This document shows positions 11,572-21,065 of a stretch of 64,000 nucleotides of DNA, in pieces (the stretch's first letter is position 1; every line of letters begins with the position of its first letter). The position numbers and the translations under genes are program-made. This stretch comes from an uncultured delta proteobacterium (GTDB lineage Bacteria > Desulfobacterota > Binatia > Binatales > Binataceae). The notes below the pieces were generated by a model. The model was not told the origin of the DNA, searched no databases, and saw nothing but the letters and a program-made list of their open reading frames with translations. The stretch spans positions 76,277 to 140,276 of the forward strand of contig CAVZGB010000023.1 of the NCBI GenBank assembly GCA_963774665.1, read 5' to 3'.

Positions 11572-12870
11572 CTATGCGGCGGGGTCGATTGGTTCGCCGT
11601 CGCGGGTTGCTGTGAGGTGAGGCGGGACTGCTCGGAGCAGCGGGACGATCAGCGCGGTTGCCAACGTCGTGATTATCACAGCCGAGGCGAAGCCGCCTTT
11701 GGAATAGATCCAGCTTCCCAGCAGGTTGCCGGCGTTGCCGGCGAGGGCGAACATCGAGGTGTTTGCCATCATCATCGCGGTCCCTTCCAGGCCCTTGGGG
11801 CATGAACGCATGATGAGATCGATATACGCCGCGGTGGCGAAGCCGCCGAATAGGCCGTAGAGGATTGCGACCGTGATCGTGCTCGCGGGTCCCGTCGCGA
11901 GGAACATGATCGGTCCTTGAAGGATCGCGACGATCGTCCCCCACCACAGCAGTCGCGAGAGCGGCTCGCGCGTGCACAAGAAGCCGTACAACAACGTCGT
12001 CGGCAGGAAGAACAACGACTGCAGCGCGGTGAAGGTGCCGAACAGTTCGCTCGAGATCCCGACGTGCTCGGTCAGGTGATAGAACATCGGCGTGCCCCAT
12101 CCAGGGCCGAAGTTCCACAGGAAGTAGATTGCGGCCGCCGGCCATAGCGGTCGATGGCGAAGCAGGCGCTTGATCGCAGCGAAGCCTTTTTCATGGGGGC
12201 CGAGGTCGCTCTCGAATTCGCTCGCAGCCTTGAGTCGCCAGAATGCCTGCATCGCGATCACGATTGTCACGCCGCCCGCTATCAGAAAGGTGCCGCTCAC
12301 GGATGCATGCGCGACCAGCCATCCTCCCGCCAGCGCCGATATCACCGCAGGCGTGAAGTAGCCGAATCCGAAGACGACGCTCAGCCGTCCGGTCATCCCA
12401 TACGCCTGTGCCACTCCCGTCATCAGGGCCTGCGCCGATGAGAAGATCATCACGTACGCGATGACGACGACGAACACGAGCGCGAGCAATTTGAAATAGT
12501 CGATGGTCGATGTGGCCAACCACAGGTACCCACCCGCCGCGACTGCCGCGCATGCGAACAGATATTGGCGATCGCCCCAGCTTGCGCTGCGCCATCGATC
12601 GCGGATGAAGCCGAACAGAAATCCGGCGCATACGGGAATCGAGGCGATTGCGAGGAAGAGCGCGAGCCGCAGGGGCGAGAGATGAAGCCGATCTTTCAGA
12701 AAATAGTTGATCGGGATCGCGGCGATACCCAGCGGCGAGCCCAATCCGACTGCGATGTTGAGAATCGCGAAGTACGCAAGGACTTCCCATTGCATCGCGG
12801 AGCCACCGGCGCTCGGCGGGTCGGGCAGGCTCGCACTCTCGTCGCGTGCGGAGAGGTCTTCAACTTCCAT
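11572..12870 (-). CDS. MFS transporter, folate-biopterin (BT1)-like
   Basis: about 12 hydrophobic segments; YFLKDRLHLSP, FGFIRD, CPKGLEGT motifs. Confidence 0.8.
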   Translation of the reverse strand: MEVEDLSARDESASLPDPPSAGGSAMQWEVLAYFAILNIAVGLGSPLGIAAIPINYFLKDRLHLSPLRLALFLAIASIPVCAGFLFGFIRDRWRSASWGDRQYLFACAAVAAGGYLWLATSTIDYFKLLALVFVVVIAYVMIFSSAQALMTGVAQAYGMTGRLSVVFGFGYFTPAVISALAGGWLVAHASVSGTFLIAGGVTIVIAMQAFWRLKAASEFESDLGPHEKGFAAIKRLLRHRPLWPAAAIYFLWNFGPGWGTPMFYHLTEHVGISSELFGTFTALQSLFFLPTTLLYGFLCTREPLSRLLWWGTIVAILQGPIMFLATGPASTITVAILYGLFGGFATAAYIDLIMRSCPKGLEGTAMMMANTSMFALAGNAGNLLGSWIYSKGGFASAVIITTLATALIVPLLRAVPPHLTATRDGEPIDPAA

Positions 12871-13068
12871 CGGTTACTCGACGCATCACTATATGTAATT
12901 TTTCCGGTGGTTCCGAATGTGCGGCGGATTGGGAAATTGGAGCAGAGTACAATTGAGTCGATGGTGCTGGGGTCTATTGCCAGATTTGCTTGCCTCGTAT
13001 CTTGGCTGAGGCCATTATAAGCGCGCTTGCCCCACCTCTTTTTCAGGGAGTCTCGATTGGTTTGATTG

Positions 13069-14433
13069 ATGAGTGATTTGCTAGAAAAGAAGGAGGACCT
13101 GATTCGCTACTTCGAGGAAGGCGGCAAGCCTCGTGCGCAATGGCGCGTCGGCTCCGAGTACGAAAAGGTTCTTGTCCGCACGTCCGACGGTACCGCTATC
13201 CCCTACTCCGGCGCCGGCGGCGTCGAGGATCTCCTGCGCCGGATGGCCGCCGACTACGGCTTCGAGCCCGAAGACGAGCACGGGCATATCCTCGCGCTCA
13301 AGGGCGAGCGCGACGCAATCACGCTCGAGCCCGGCGGCCAGGTCGAGCTGTCCGGAGAGCAGTGCGAGAGCATCCACTGTGCCTACGACGAGTTCTCGAG
13401 GCACGTAGAGCAACTGATCGAGGAGACCGGCAAAATCGGCGCGACCGTGCTCGGCCTCGCCATGCAACCTGTCAGCCGCATCGATCAGATCGAGCTGCTG
13501 CCGAAAGCCCGTTACCACATCATGTACCCGTACATGGCGCGCAAGGGAAAACTCGGCCAGCGCATGATGAAACAGACTGCAGGCGTGCAGGCCAACCTCG
13601 ACTACATCGACGAGGCGGACGCGATGCGCAAGCTGCGCGTCAGCATGGGTATCGTGCCCCTGCTGTACGCGATTTTCGCGAACTCTCCCCTGAGCGACGG
13701 CGGCCTGAACGGCTATCACAGCTTCCGCGGCCACATCTGGACCGACACTGACAACGAACGAAGCGGGGTTCCGGAGTTCGTCTTCCGCCCCGATTGTTCC
13801 TTCGAGGATTACGCCGAGTTCGCGCTCGACGTGCCGATGTACTTCCTGATTCGCAACCATGAGTATATCGATCTCACGCAACCGCCCGGCCTGACGTTCC
13901 GCCAATATCTCGAACGCGGTTACGGACGCGAGCGCGCTACCATCGACGACTGGACCAATCATCTGACTACGATTTTCACCGAGGTCCGCCTCAAGCGGTA
14001 CGTCGAGATCCGCACCGCCGACAGCCAGCCGCCTCAGACCATGCTCGCGCTGCCCGCGCTGCTCAAGGGGATTCTGTACGACGACGATTGCATCGCGGGG
14101 GCATGGGACCTGGTCAAGCGCTGGAGCTATCGTGAGCGGTTCGAAATCACCGACGCCGCGCATAAGCTCGGGCTTGACGCCCGCGCGGGAAAAATTAAAC
14201 TTCAGGAGCTCGGCTACGAGCTGATGCAAATAGCGGCCAGCGGGCTGGAGCGCCAGCGGGCGTTGAACAAAAGCGGCCAGGATGAGAGCATCTACCTGCT
14301 TCGCCTGATGGACCTGGTGCGCAGCGGCCACTGCCAGGCGAGTCTTGTGATCAGCCGATGGAAGGGTGAATGGAATTACGACGTTGGCCGTCTAGTGAAG
14401 GGATGCGCGTACGGGGCTGAGCCGATCCTGTAA
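13069..14433 (+). CDS. gshA: glutamate--cysteine ligase (GCS2, plant-like type)
   Basis: GSEYEK, ITLEPGGQVELSG, MMKQTAGVQANLD, FANSP, TIFTEVRLKRYVEIRTAD. Confidence 0.92.
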   Translation: MSDLLEKKEDLIRYFEEGGKPRAQWRVGSEYEKVLVRTSDGTAIPYSGAGGVEDLLRRMAADYGFEPEDEHGHILALKGERDAITLEPGGQVELSGEQCESIHCAYDEFSRHVEQLIEETGKIGATVLGLAMQPVSRIDQIELLPKARYHIMYPYMARKGKLGQRMMKQTAGVQANLDYIDEADAMRKLRVSMGIVPLLYAIFANSPLSDGGLNGYHSFRGHIWTDTDNERSGVPEFVFRPDCSFEDYAEFALDVPMYFLIRNHEYIDLTQPPGLTFRQYLERGYGRERATIDDWTNHLTTIFTEVRLKRYVEIRTADSQPPQTMLALPALLKGILYDDDCIAGAWDLVKRWSYRERFEITDAAHKLGLDARAGKIKLQELGYELMQIAASGLERQRALNKSGQDESIYLLRLMDLVRSGHCQASLVISRWKGEWNYDVGRLVKGCAYGAEPIL

Positions 14434-15420
14434 ATGCAACTGAGATTTTCACAGATTCACGTCACGATTCTGAATTTCGTTTTGATCGCGATGCTGGCGA
14501 TCGTTTCGGCGATGTGCGTGCGCGACGTTATCGTGCGCAGCGTTTCGAACGAACCCGACGTGACGACGGCTCCCTCCGCGCGGCTAGCTCCTGACGGGAC
14601 GCGGGCCCGGCCCTACTACGACCTGATCGTCAAGCGCGACATCTTCAACGAGACTCCGCAGGAGAGCGGACCGGCGCCGGTGGTCGAGGCCGATCTGACT
14701 ATCAAGCTGATCGGCACCTCGCTGCTGAGCAAGTCGAAGCCGTACGCGATAATCGAAGATCCGACTGGAAACGAATCGCTCTACCAGGTGGGAGAGGACA
14801 TCCCTGACGCGGGCAAGCTGGTCGCCGTCGAGACCAACCGCGCGATCATCGACCGCGGCGGGCATCGCGTCGCAATCGAGATTCCGACGTCGGATCTGCC
14901 TCAAGTACCACCGTCGCAGTTGGGCGCCCCTGTCGGCTTGGGTGCTATCCGCGGACCGATGCTCAGAGGGCTGCCGGCTGCGATGCGGCGCAAACTGCAA
15001 AGGCTCCAGCGTGCACCTGCCGCAACGACCGATGACAACAGCGACGACAACGACGATAGCGACGACAACAGCAGCAAACTCGAGCTGAAGAAACTCGGTC
15101 CCGGAAAATTCGCAGTGAGTCGCTCCGAAGTTCAGCAGACGATGGAAAATCCCGCGCAGTTTTTCTCGCAGATGCGCGCGCTACCGCATTTCGTCAACGG
15201 CAAGACCGACGGCTTCTCGATCTCGCAGGTCGCGCCGGGTTCAGTCTTCGAGCAACTCGGCCTGCAGAACGGCGACCTCCTGACCTCGATCGACGGCCAG
15301 CCCGTCACCAACCCCATGCAGGCGATGGGCCTGATCCAGGCAGTGAAGACAGCGTCAGCGATCGACCTAACAGTAAATCGCGGCGGCACCCCCACTATCG
15401 TTCATTTAGATTTGCGATAA
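14434..15420 (+). CDS. gspC: type II secretion system protein C with PDZ domain
   Basis: N-terminal TM, HR domain KLIGT...AIIED...YQVGEDI, C-terminal PDZ GFSISQVAPGSVFEQLGLQNGD. Confidence 0.88.
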   Translation: MQLRFSQIHVTILNFVLIAMLAIVSAMCVRDVIVRSVSNEPDVTTAPSARLAPDGTRARPYYDLIVKRDIFNETPQESGPAPVVEADLTIKLIGTSLLSKSKPYAIIEDPTGNESLYQVGEDIPDAGKLVAVETNRAIIDRGGHRVAIEIPTSDLPQVPPSQLGAPVGLGAIRGPMLRGLPAAMRRKLQRLQRAPAATTDDNSDDNDDSDDNSSKLELKKLGPGKFAVSRSEVQQTMENPAQFFSQMRALPHFVNGKTDGFSISQVAPGSVFEQLGLQNGDLLTSIDGQPVTNPMQAMGLIQAVKTASAIDLTVNRGGTPTIVHLDLR

Positions 15421-15447
15421 CCTAAGCAAGGTGCTCCGACTCCGCAT

Positions 15448-15527
15448 CCCCTCGCCCTGGAAGGGAGAGGATGAAGGTGAGGGTCCTTATACAGCGCGCG
15501 ATTCCTTCCGCGCGCGATTCAAGATTC
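15448..15527. repeat. extended REP-like element, family B (inverted copy)
   Basis: reverse-complement match to 11440-11516. Confidence 0.85.
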
Positions 15528-15602
15528 AGCCTCTGGTTCTTAGCTATCCCATATAGCAGCGCCTACTGAAGTCGGTCACAAAATCTGAGACACCTAAGGA
15601 AA

Positions 15603-16721
15603 TTGAAAAGATCGCGTTCGATCGCGGCGCCTGCAGTTTTGACGCTCCTATTGTTTTCGTGCAGCAGCCAATTGGTATCGGATCGAAGCGATCAATTCAG
15701 CGCTCCCGAAGCAATTTTCGTCAGCATGGGCCTTCGCAACTCCGTAAATGTCTACCCCTTGAACGCGGACGGCGATTTGAGGCCCAGCGCAACGATCAAA
15801 GGGGCTGCCACGGGACTCGACTGGGCGAAGAGCATCAGGGTCGATTCGAGTGGGAAAATCTATGTCCTGAATGGGGAGGGAGGAGCCGAATACACGGGCA
15901 CGGTGGAGGTTTTCGCACCTGGCAGCACGGGCAACGTTACGCCCATAGCCCGCATCGCTGGCGCCAATACGGGTCTCCGTTCGGTCAATGATATCGCCGT
16001 GGACTCGGCGGGAAACATTTATGTAGCGATCGAGGGAATCGGGGTCGGCAACATCCCTCCCAACATCCCTCCCGGTATTCTGGTCTATCCTCCCGGCAGC
16101 AACGGCAACGTAAGACCTAGCGTCACGATCGGCGGCCATGACACTGAAATTCAAAACCCATATGGCTTAGCGATCGATTCGAAGGGAAGACTCTTTGTGG
16201 CAGAAGCCTTCACACTGGATATGGGCAGAGTTGTGATTTTTCCACCCGGCAGCAAGCGTAACGTGAAGCCCGTCGCCACTATAAAAGGTCTTCATACTGA
16301 GCTGTATGCTCCCAATGCTATCGCGTTGGACTCGGACGACAACCTCTACGTAGCGAACGGCGAAGGACGTAACCGACGTAACCGAGGCGCTGGCAACAGC
16401 ATCACCGTCTTCAAAGTAGATCTAAACGGTAGACTGCTATCGGCCGCTGACCCAGACGGCCCAATTCCCGCGGCTAGAATCAGCGGTCCGAAGACAGGCC
16501 TCATGGATGACTCCTGTTCAATTGCGGGGATAGCGGTGGATTCCAGCAAAAACATTTACGTCACGCTTCAGGGCGGGCGGTACAATGAGATCAACAAAAT
16601 CGTTGTCTTCGCAGCTGGCAGCAATGGCGATGTGGCACCCCGCGCGGTTATCGCCGGAGACCATACGAAACTGTCCGGTCCGGGCGGGATAGCCATCGGC
16701 CCTTATAGCAGCGCTCGCTGA
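15603..16721 (+). CDS. NHL-repeat beta-propeller lipoprotein
   Basis: lipobox LLFSC; about six repeats of P.ATI.G..TGL....IAVDS.GNIYV. Confidence 0.85.
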   Translation: MKRSRSIAAPAVLTLLLFSCSSQLVSDRSDQFSAPEAIFVSMGLRNSVNVYPLNADGDLRPSATIKGAATGLDWAKSIRVDSSGKIYVLNGEGGAEYTGTVEVFAPGSTGNVTPIARIAGANTGLRSVNDIAVDSAGNIYVAIEGIGVGNIPPNIPPGILVYPPGSNGNVRPSVTIGGHDTEIQNPYGLAIDSKGRLFVAEAFTLDMGRVVIFPPGSKRNVKPVATIKGLHTELYAPNAIALDSDDNLYVANGEGRNRRNRGAGNSITVFKVDLNGRLLSAADPDGPIPAARISGPKTGLMDDSCSIAGIAVDSSKNIYVTLQGGRYNEINKIVVFAAGSNGDVAPRAVIAGDHTKLSGPGGIAIGPYSSAR

Positions 16722-16741
16722 ACTAAGTTACAAACCAAATT

Positions 16742-17816
16742 ATGGAAGTTCGATCGGCGCATCATAGCGAGCGGGACGAGGTGCTCGAGCTGCTTGGGCA
16801 CTGGTACGACGATCGCGGCGAGTTTTTCGCGCGTTACAACCAAAACGATCCCACCTTTCGCGATGCGCTTTGTCTGGTTGCGCGCGATGGCGGGCGGCTG
16901 GTTTCGACGGTTCAAATTTTCGATCGCGCCGTGAATCTCGACGGGCAATCGGTGCCGATGGGCGGTATCGGCTCCGTTTTCACGCTCAAGGAGTATCGGC
17001 ACAAGGGCGTTGCGATGGCGCTGATGCGCCTCAGTGTCGACACCATGATTCGCGAGGGCTTCGAAGTGTCGCTGCTGTTTGCGGAACGGCTCACCTTCTA
17101 CAACCAGTTCGGATGGCGCGAGCTCGATCGCAAATTCAGCATCCTGGCGGCCGCCGCAGGGCTCAATGTGCCCGATCGTTTCGTCATCGATTCATTCGAA
17201 ACTGAGCGCGACCTCGCCGAGGTTGCCGCGATTCATCGGGCATACAGTGGCCGCTTCAATGTCACCGCGGTTCGCGACGACTCCGCGTGGCGCGCGAATC
17301 TCAAATTCGCGGGCAATCAGCCGCTGCATCCGGGAGAGGGCTCCGAGGAATATTTCGTATGTGTGCCGCGAGGGCTCGCGAATCGCGGCGTACGCGCGGG
17401 TCACGCGCTTTCACGGCGTCTCGATGGTGATGGAGTACGGCTACGTTCCCGACGGCATCGGAATTGAGGCGATGCTCGCGACGTTCAAATACCTCGGCCA
17501 GTCGGCGGCTGGCCTGCCCGTCACTGTTCGACGAACCGGCGACCATCGGCGGGCTGCCCTGCTCCACGGCGCATCGAAGCCGGACGAGCCGAGTGTGCTC
17601 GTGACGCATACTGCGCACGATCCCGCGCTGGAAAAGGCGCTGGGCGACGCGGGCTGCCCCGTCGCGCACCACATCGACAACAACTACATGTGGCGAGTTC
17701 TGGCGCCGGACAAGCTCGCGCGCCGGTTCGGGATGACGCCGGAAGCCGCCTCGGCGCACGCCCTCGAAATCTTTGCCGATTCGCGATCCGTGTTCTGGAC
17801 TGCCGATCGCTTCTAG
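16742..17816 (+). CDS. Eis-like GNAT acetyltransferase (frameshift near 17360)
   Basis: MGGIGSVFTLKEYRHKGVA, FYNQFGW; the second frame continues CREGSRIAAYARV...VMEYG...FWTADRF. Confidence 0.8.
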
Positions 17817-17922
17817 ATTTTTTAACCAAAATTAACGCCGCGTATGGCGTCAGCGCTCGCCGCGAAGCGAGTTGTTGGGTAATATCCATCCGTTGTTTCG
17901 ATGTGTTGGGGAGGGGTACGCG

Positions 17923-19176
17923 ATGAAAATTTTTTCACGGTCCGGCGAATCCGTCGCCGGAATTTCCGCCAGCCGAAAATTTGGATTTGTCGCTTTGACC
18001 GTCGCGCTCGCCGCGTTGACGTCGACGCACACCGCTCTCGCCGCGCGGCGCCATCATGCTGCCGCCCAGGCTGAAGCCCCTGATGAGGAGAGCGGCGCCA
18101 GCACCTCGAGCACTGCGCTAGGCGCCTACTCCGAGGCGTGCGTGCTCGAACCGGTCACCGGCACCGTCATCTTCGAGTCGAACAGTCATGCGCCGTGGCC
18201 GACCGCGTCGCTGGCCAAGATGATGCTGATGCTGATCGTCGCCGAGAAAATACACGACGGATCGCTGAAGCTGACCGACAACATCACCACCTCGCGCAAG
18301 GCGGCCGAGATGGGCGGTTCGCAGGTCTATCTCAAGGAGAACGAGACGTTCTCGCTCGACGACATGATGAAAGCCGTCGTCGTGCATTCGGCCAACGATG
18401 CGTCGGTGGCGGTCGCGGAGTATATCGCGGGCTCGACCGAATCGTTCGTGGTGATGATGAACCAACAGGCGGCCGCGCTTGGGATGAAGGACTCGCACTA
18501 CTACTCGGCCAACGGTCTGCCGCCAGCTAAGGGCGAACCGCCCGACGTCGCGAGCGCCTACGACCAGGCGATTCTCGCGCGCGAGCTGCTGAAATATCCC
18601 GACGTAATTCGATGGGCATCGATCGACACCGCGCCGTTTCGCGCGGGGACTTTCATCCTGCGCAACACCAATCACATGGTGCGCACCTATCCGGGATGCG
18701 ACGGACTCAAGACCGGCTTCTACGACAAGGCCGGGTTCAACGTGGTCGCCACTGCAAAACGCAATGATTTGAGACTGATCGCAGTCGTGCTCGGGAGTCA
18801 GCACAAGCTCACGAATTTCAAGGAAGCATCCGAGATGCTGTCGCAGGGATTTCTCAACTACGAGATGCATCCGATCGCAAAGAAGGGAGCACCAATCTCG
18901 CAATCCGTTCCGGTGACGGACGCCGATACCAACAGTATCAAGCCGATTTGGGGCCGCGACGCTGGAGTCTTCGTGAAGCGCGGCGACGAGAAAAACGCGA
19001 TCAAAGTCGATTACAATCTGCCGCCGTCGATCGCAGCGCCGCTGAAAGCGGGACAGCAGATAGGAACCGCCAACGTGACAGAAGGCGGCAAACCAGTCGC
19101 CACGATCGCATTGCTCGCGCCGTCCGACGTCGCCAGGAGCGCATCGTTAACTAAACGTTTATTAAGTATTTTCTGA
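17923..19176 (+). CDS. D-alanyl-D-alanine carboxypeptidase (PBP5-like)
   Basis: SLAK (SxxK), SAN (SxN) and KTG motifs, signal peptide, PBP5 C-terminal domain. Confidence 0.93.
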   Translation: MKIFSRSGESVAGISASRKFGFVALTVALAALTSTHTALAARRHHAAAQAEAPDEESGASTSSTALGAYSEACVLEPVTGTVIFESNSHAPWPTASLAKMMLMLIVAEKIHDGSLKLTDNITTSRKAAEMGGSQVYLKENETFSLDDMMKAVVVHSANDASVAVAEYIAGSTESFVVMMNQQAAALGMKDSHYYSANGLPPAKGEPPDVASAYDQAILARELLKYPDVIRWASIDTAPFRAGTFILRNTNHMVRTYPGCDGLKTGFYDKAGFNVVATAKRNDLRLIAVVLGSQHKLTNFKEASEMLSQGFLNYEMHPIAKKGAPISQSVPVTDADTNSIKPIWGRDAGVFVKRGDEKNAIKVDYNLPPSIAAPLKAGQQIGTANVTEGGKPVATIALLAPSDVARSASLTKRLLSIF

Positions 19177-19279
19177 GCGATTTTTTTTCGATTTGTAGCA
19201 CAAAGAACATTTTTAATTAGGCTTCGACCGACGGGCGTGTTACTCTGTGCGCTGAACTCGCCAGAGACTGCACGCCTGA

Positions 19280-20077
19280 ATGACTGCAAAAGATAAATTC
19301 TACCGCGCGTACATGGAATTCTTCGAAGTTGCGGAGCGAAAGCGCCGCTGGAATCTCTTCGAAGATGTGCCGTGGGACAAGCTCTCGCCTCTTGCGATCA
19401 ACTCGGAGGAACGCGCGATTCGCATCGAGACGTATTGTGCCGAGGAGATGTTCCTGCCGGATTACACTGACGTCGGTAACGAGTTGTTACGCGGCGTGTT
19501 CGGACTCGCGTGGTTTCAGAGCGCATGGAGCTACGAGGAATCGCGCCACGGCCTGGTGTTTCGCGAGTATCTGATTCGCTCCGGGCTGCGCACGCAGGAG
19601 CAATTCGACAAGCTCGAGTCCGACGTATTCTCGCGGAGATGGAAAGCTCCGTTTGCAACGCGCCGCCAGATGAGCTGCTACGGAGCGTTGCAGGAATCTG
19701 TCACCTATCTCGCCTACCGCGCGCAGAAGGATCGCGCCGAGGTCGAGAAGGATCCGACACTCGAGGCGATTTTCTTTTTAGTGAGCCGCGACGAGGCCGC
19801 GCACGCGGGCTTCTACCGCGCGATGATCGAGATCGATATGGCTGAAGACCGCGTCGGCACGCTGTCGGATCTCGCGTACGTGATCGCGAACTTCAAGATG
19901 CCTGGCGACGGCTTGATTCCGAACTATCATGAGCACCTTCGTATCGGCGGCGGGGGAATCACTCCGCGCGCGTTCCTGACCCGAGCAGTGTTTCCATTGC
20001 TCAAGCAATTGGGCACCAACCGGATCGAGCTCGAGAGCGCCAGCGCCGCAGTACTTCCACTGCGCGCGGCTTCGTAG
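19280..20077 (+). CDS. acyl-ACP desaturase-like ferritin-fold di-iron protein
   Basis: AEE, YEESRH, LQE, RDEAAH di-iron ligand pattern; FKMPG. Confidence 0.82.
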   Translation: MTAKDKFYRAYMEFFEVAERKRRWNLFEDVPWDKLSPLAINSEERAIRIETYCAEEMFLPDYTDVGNELLRGVFGLAWFQSAWSYEESRHGLVFREYLIRSGLRTQEQFDKLESDVFSRRWKAPFATRRQMSCYGALQESVTYLAYRAQKDRAEVEKDPTLEAIFFLVSRDEAAHAGFYRAMIEIDMAEDRVGTLSDLAYVIANFKMPGDGLIPNYHEHLRIGGGGITPRAFLTRAVFPLLKQLGTNRIELESASAAVLPLRAAS

Positions 20078-20133
20078 CGATCGTGTTATAGTCGCGTCCG
20101 GCAGAATCGCCGCTTGATACCTGCTCCTTTGCG

Positions 20134-21057
20134 ATGAACCGGAACCGACTTCTAATTGGGGCCGCGGCCCTTCTGCTAATCTGGATCGGCGGCAACCTCG
20201 CGATTCATTTCGGCCTGAAGCATCACGATCAACTGGGTTACGATATCAACGCGGTCTTCCCTCCCGACAAGCCGATAGTGCCCGGCGAGATCTACGCCTC
20301 GACGCTCGCCGCGATCATGGACCATGAGCTGCACACCGGCTTCGGATGGCGTCCCAACGATTTCTTTCTGTGGGGTCCGAAAGTCGGGGCCGACAATAAC
20401 TCCGATCGCCAGCTCGGCATCATCATGGCGGTCCGCGAGACCACCCGCATCTTCAAGGATCACCTGACCAAGGTTTCGTCGAATCAGTATGATCCGAACC
20501 TGGTGATCGCCGACACCGACTTCCGCAACGACGCCGAGAAGTGGATCCTGCCGTCAGCTGAAAGCAAATACGACGACGGCGTGAAGCATCTGCGGATGTA
20601 CGTCGCGGGGCTGCACACTACGCCGCCGGATTCGCGCGAGCTGAATACGCGAGCCGTCGAGCTGATTCGACTGATTCAGACGTGGACCGACTTGCTCGGC
20701 GACGCGCATGCGAACCTGTACCGCACGACCAAGGACGACGGCAGCCCGGTTCATAGCTGGGACTGCGACCACTATTTCTATCATTCGCAGGGCTACGCGC
20801 ACGTGATGTATCACATGATGATCGCGCTCGAACGCGAGTACGCCGGCCAGATCAAGGACGACCCGGTGCTGAAGACGCTGTTCGAGGATTCGATAGACGC
20901 GCTCGGCAAGGCCGCCGTCATGAAGCCGCTAATCGTGATGAACGGATCGCCCGACGGACTGTTCGCAAATCATCGCCGCAATCTCGACGCCTACATCAGC
21001 GAAGCGCGCCAGAAGATGTACTCGATCCGCGAAGAGCTGCAGCGCTCCCCGCTCTAA
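20134..21057 (+). CDS. DUF2333-like exported protein
   Basis: N-terminal TM, WRPND, FYHSQGYA, VMNGSPDGLFANH pattern recalled for this family. Confidence 0.65.
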   Translation: MNRNRLLIGAAALLLIWIGGNLAIHFGLKHHDQLGYDINAVFPPDKPIVPGEIYASTLAAIMDHELHTGFGWRPNDFFLWGPKVGADNNSDRQLGIIMAVRETTRIFKDHLTKVSSNQYDPNLVIADTDFRNDAEKWILPSAESKYDDGVKHLRMYVAGLHTTPPDSRELNTRAVELIRLIQTWTDLLGDAHANLYRTTKDDGSPVHSWDCDHYFYHSQGYAHVMYHMMIALEREYAGQIKDDPVLKTLFEDSIDALGKAAVMKPLIVMNGSPDGLFANHRRNLDAYISEARQKMYSIREELQRSPL

Positions 21058-21065
21058 TCGCGGCG

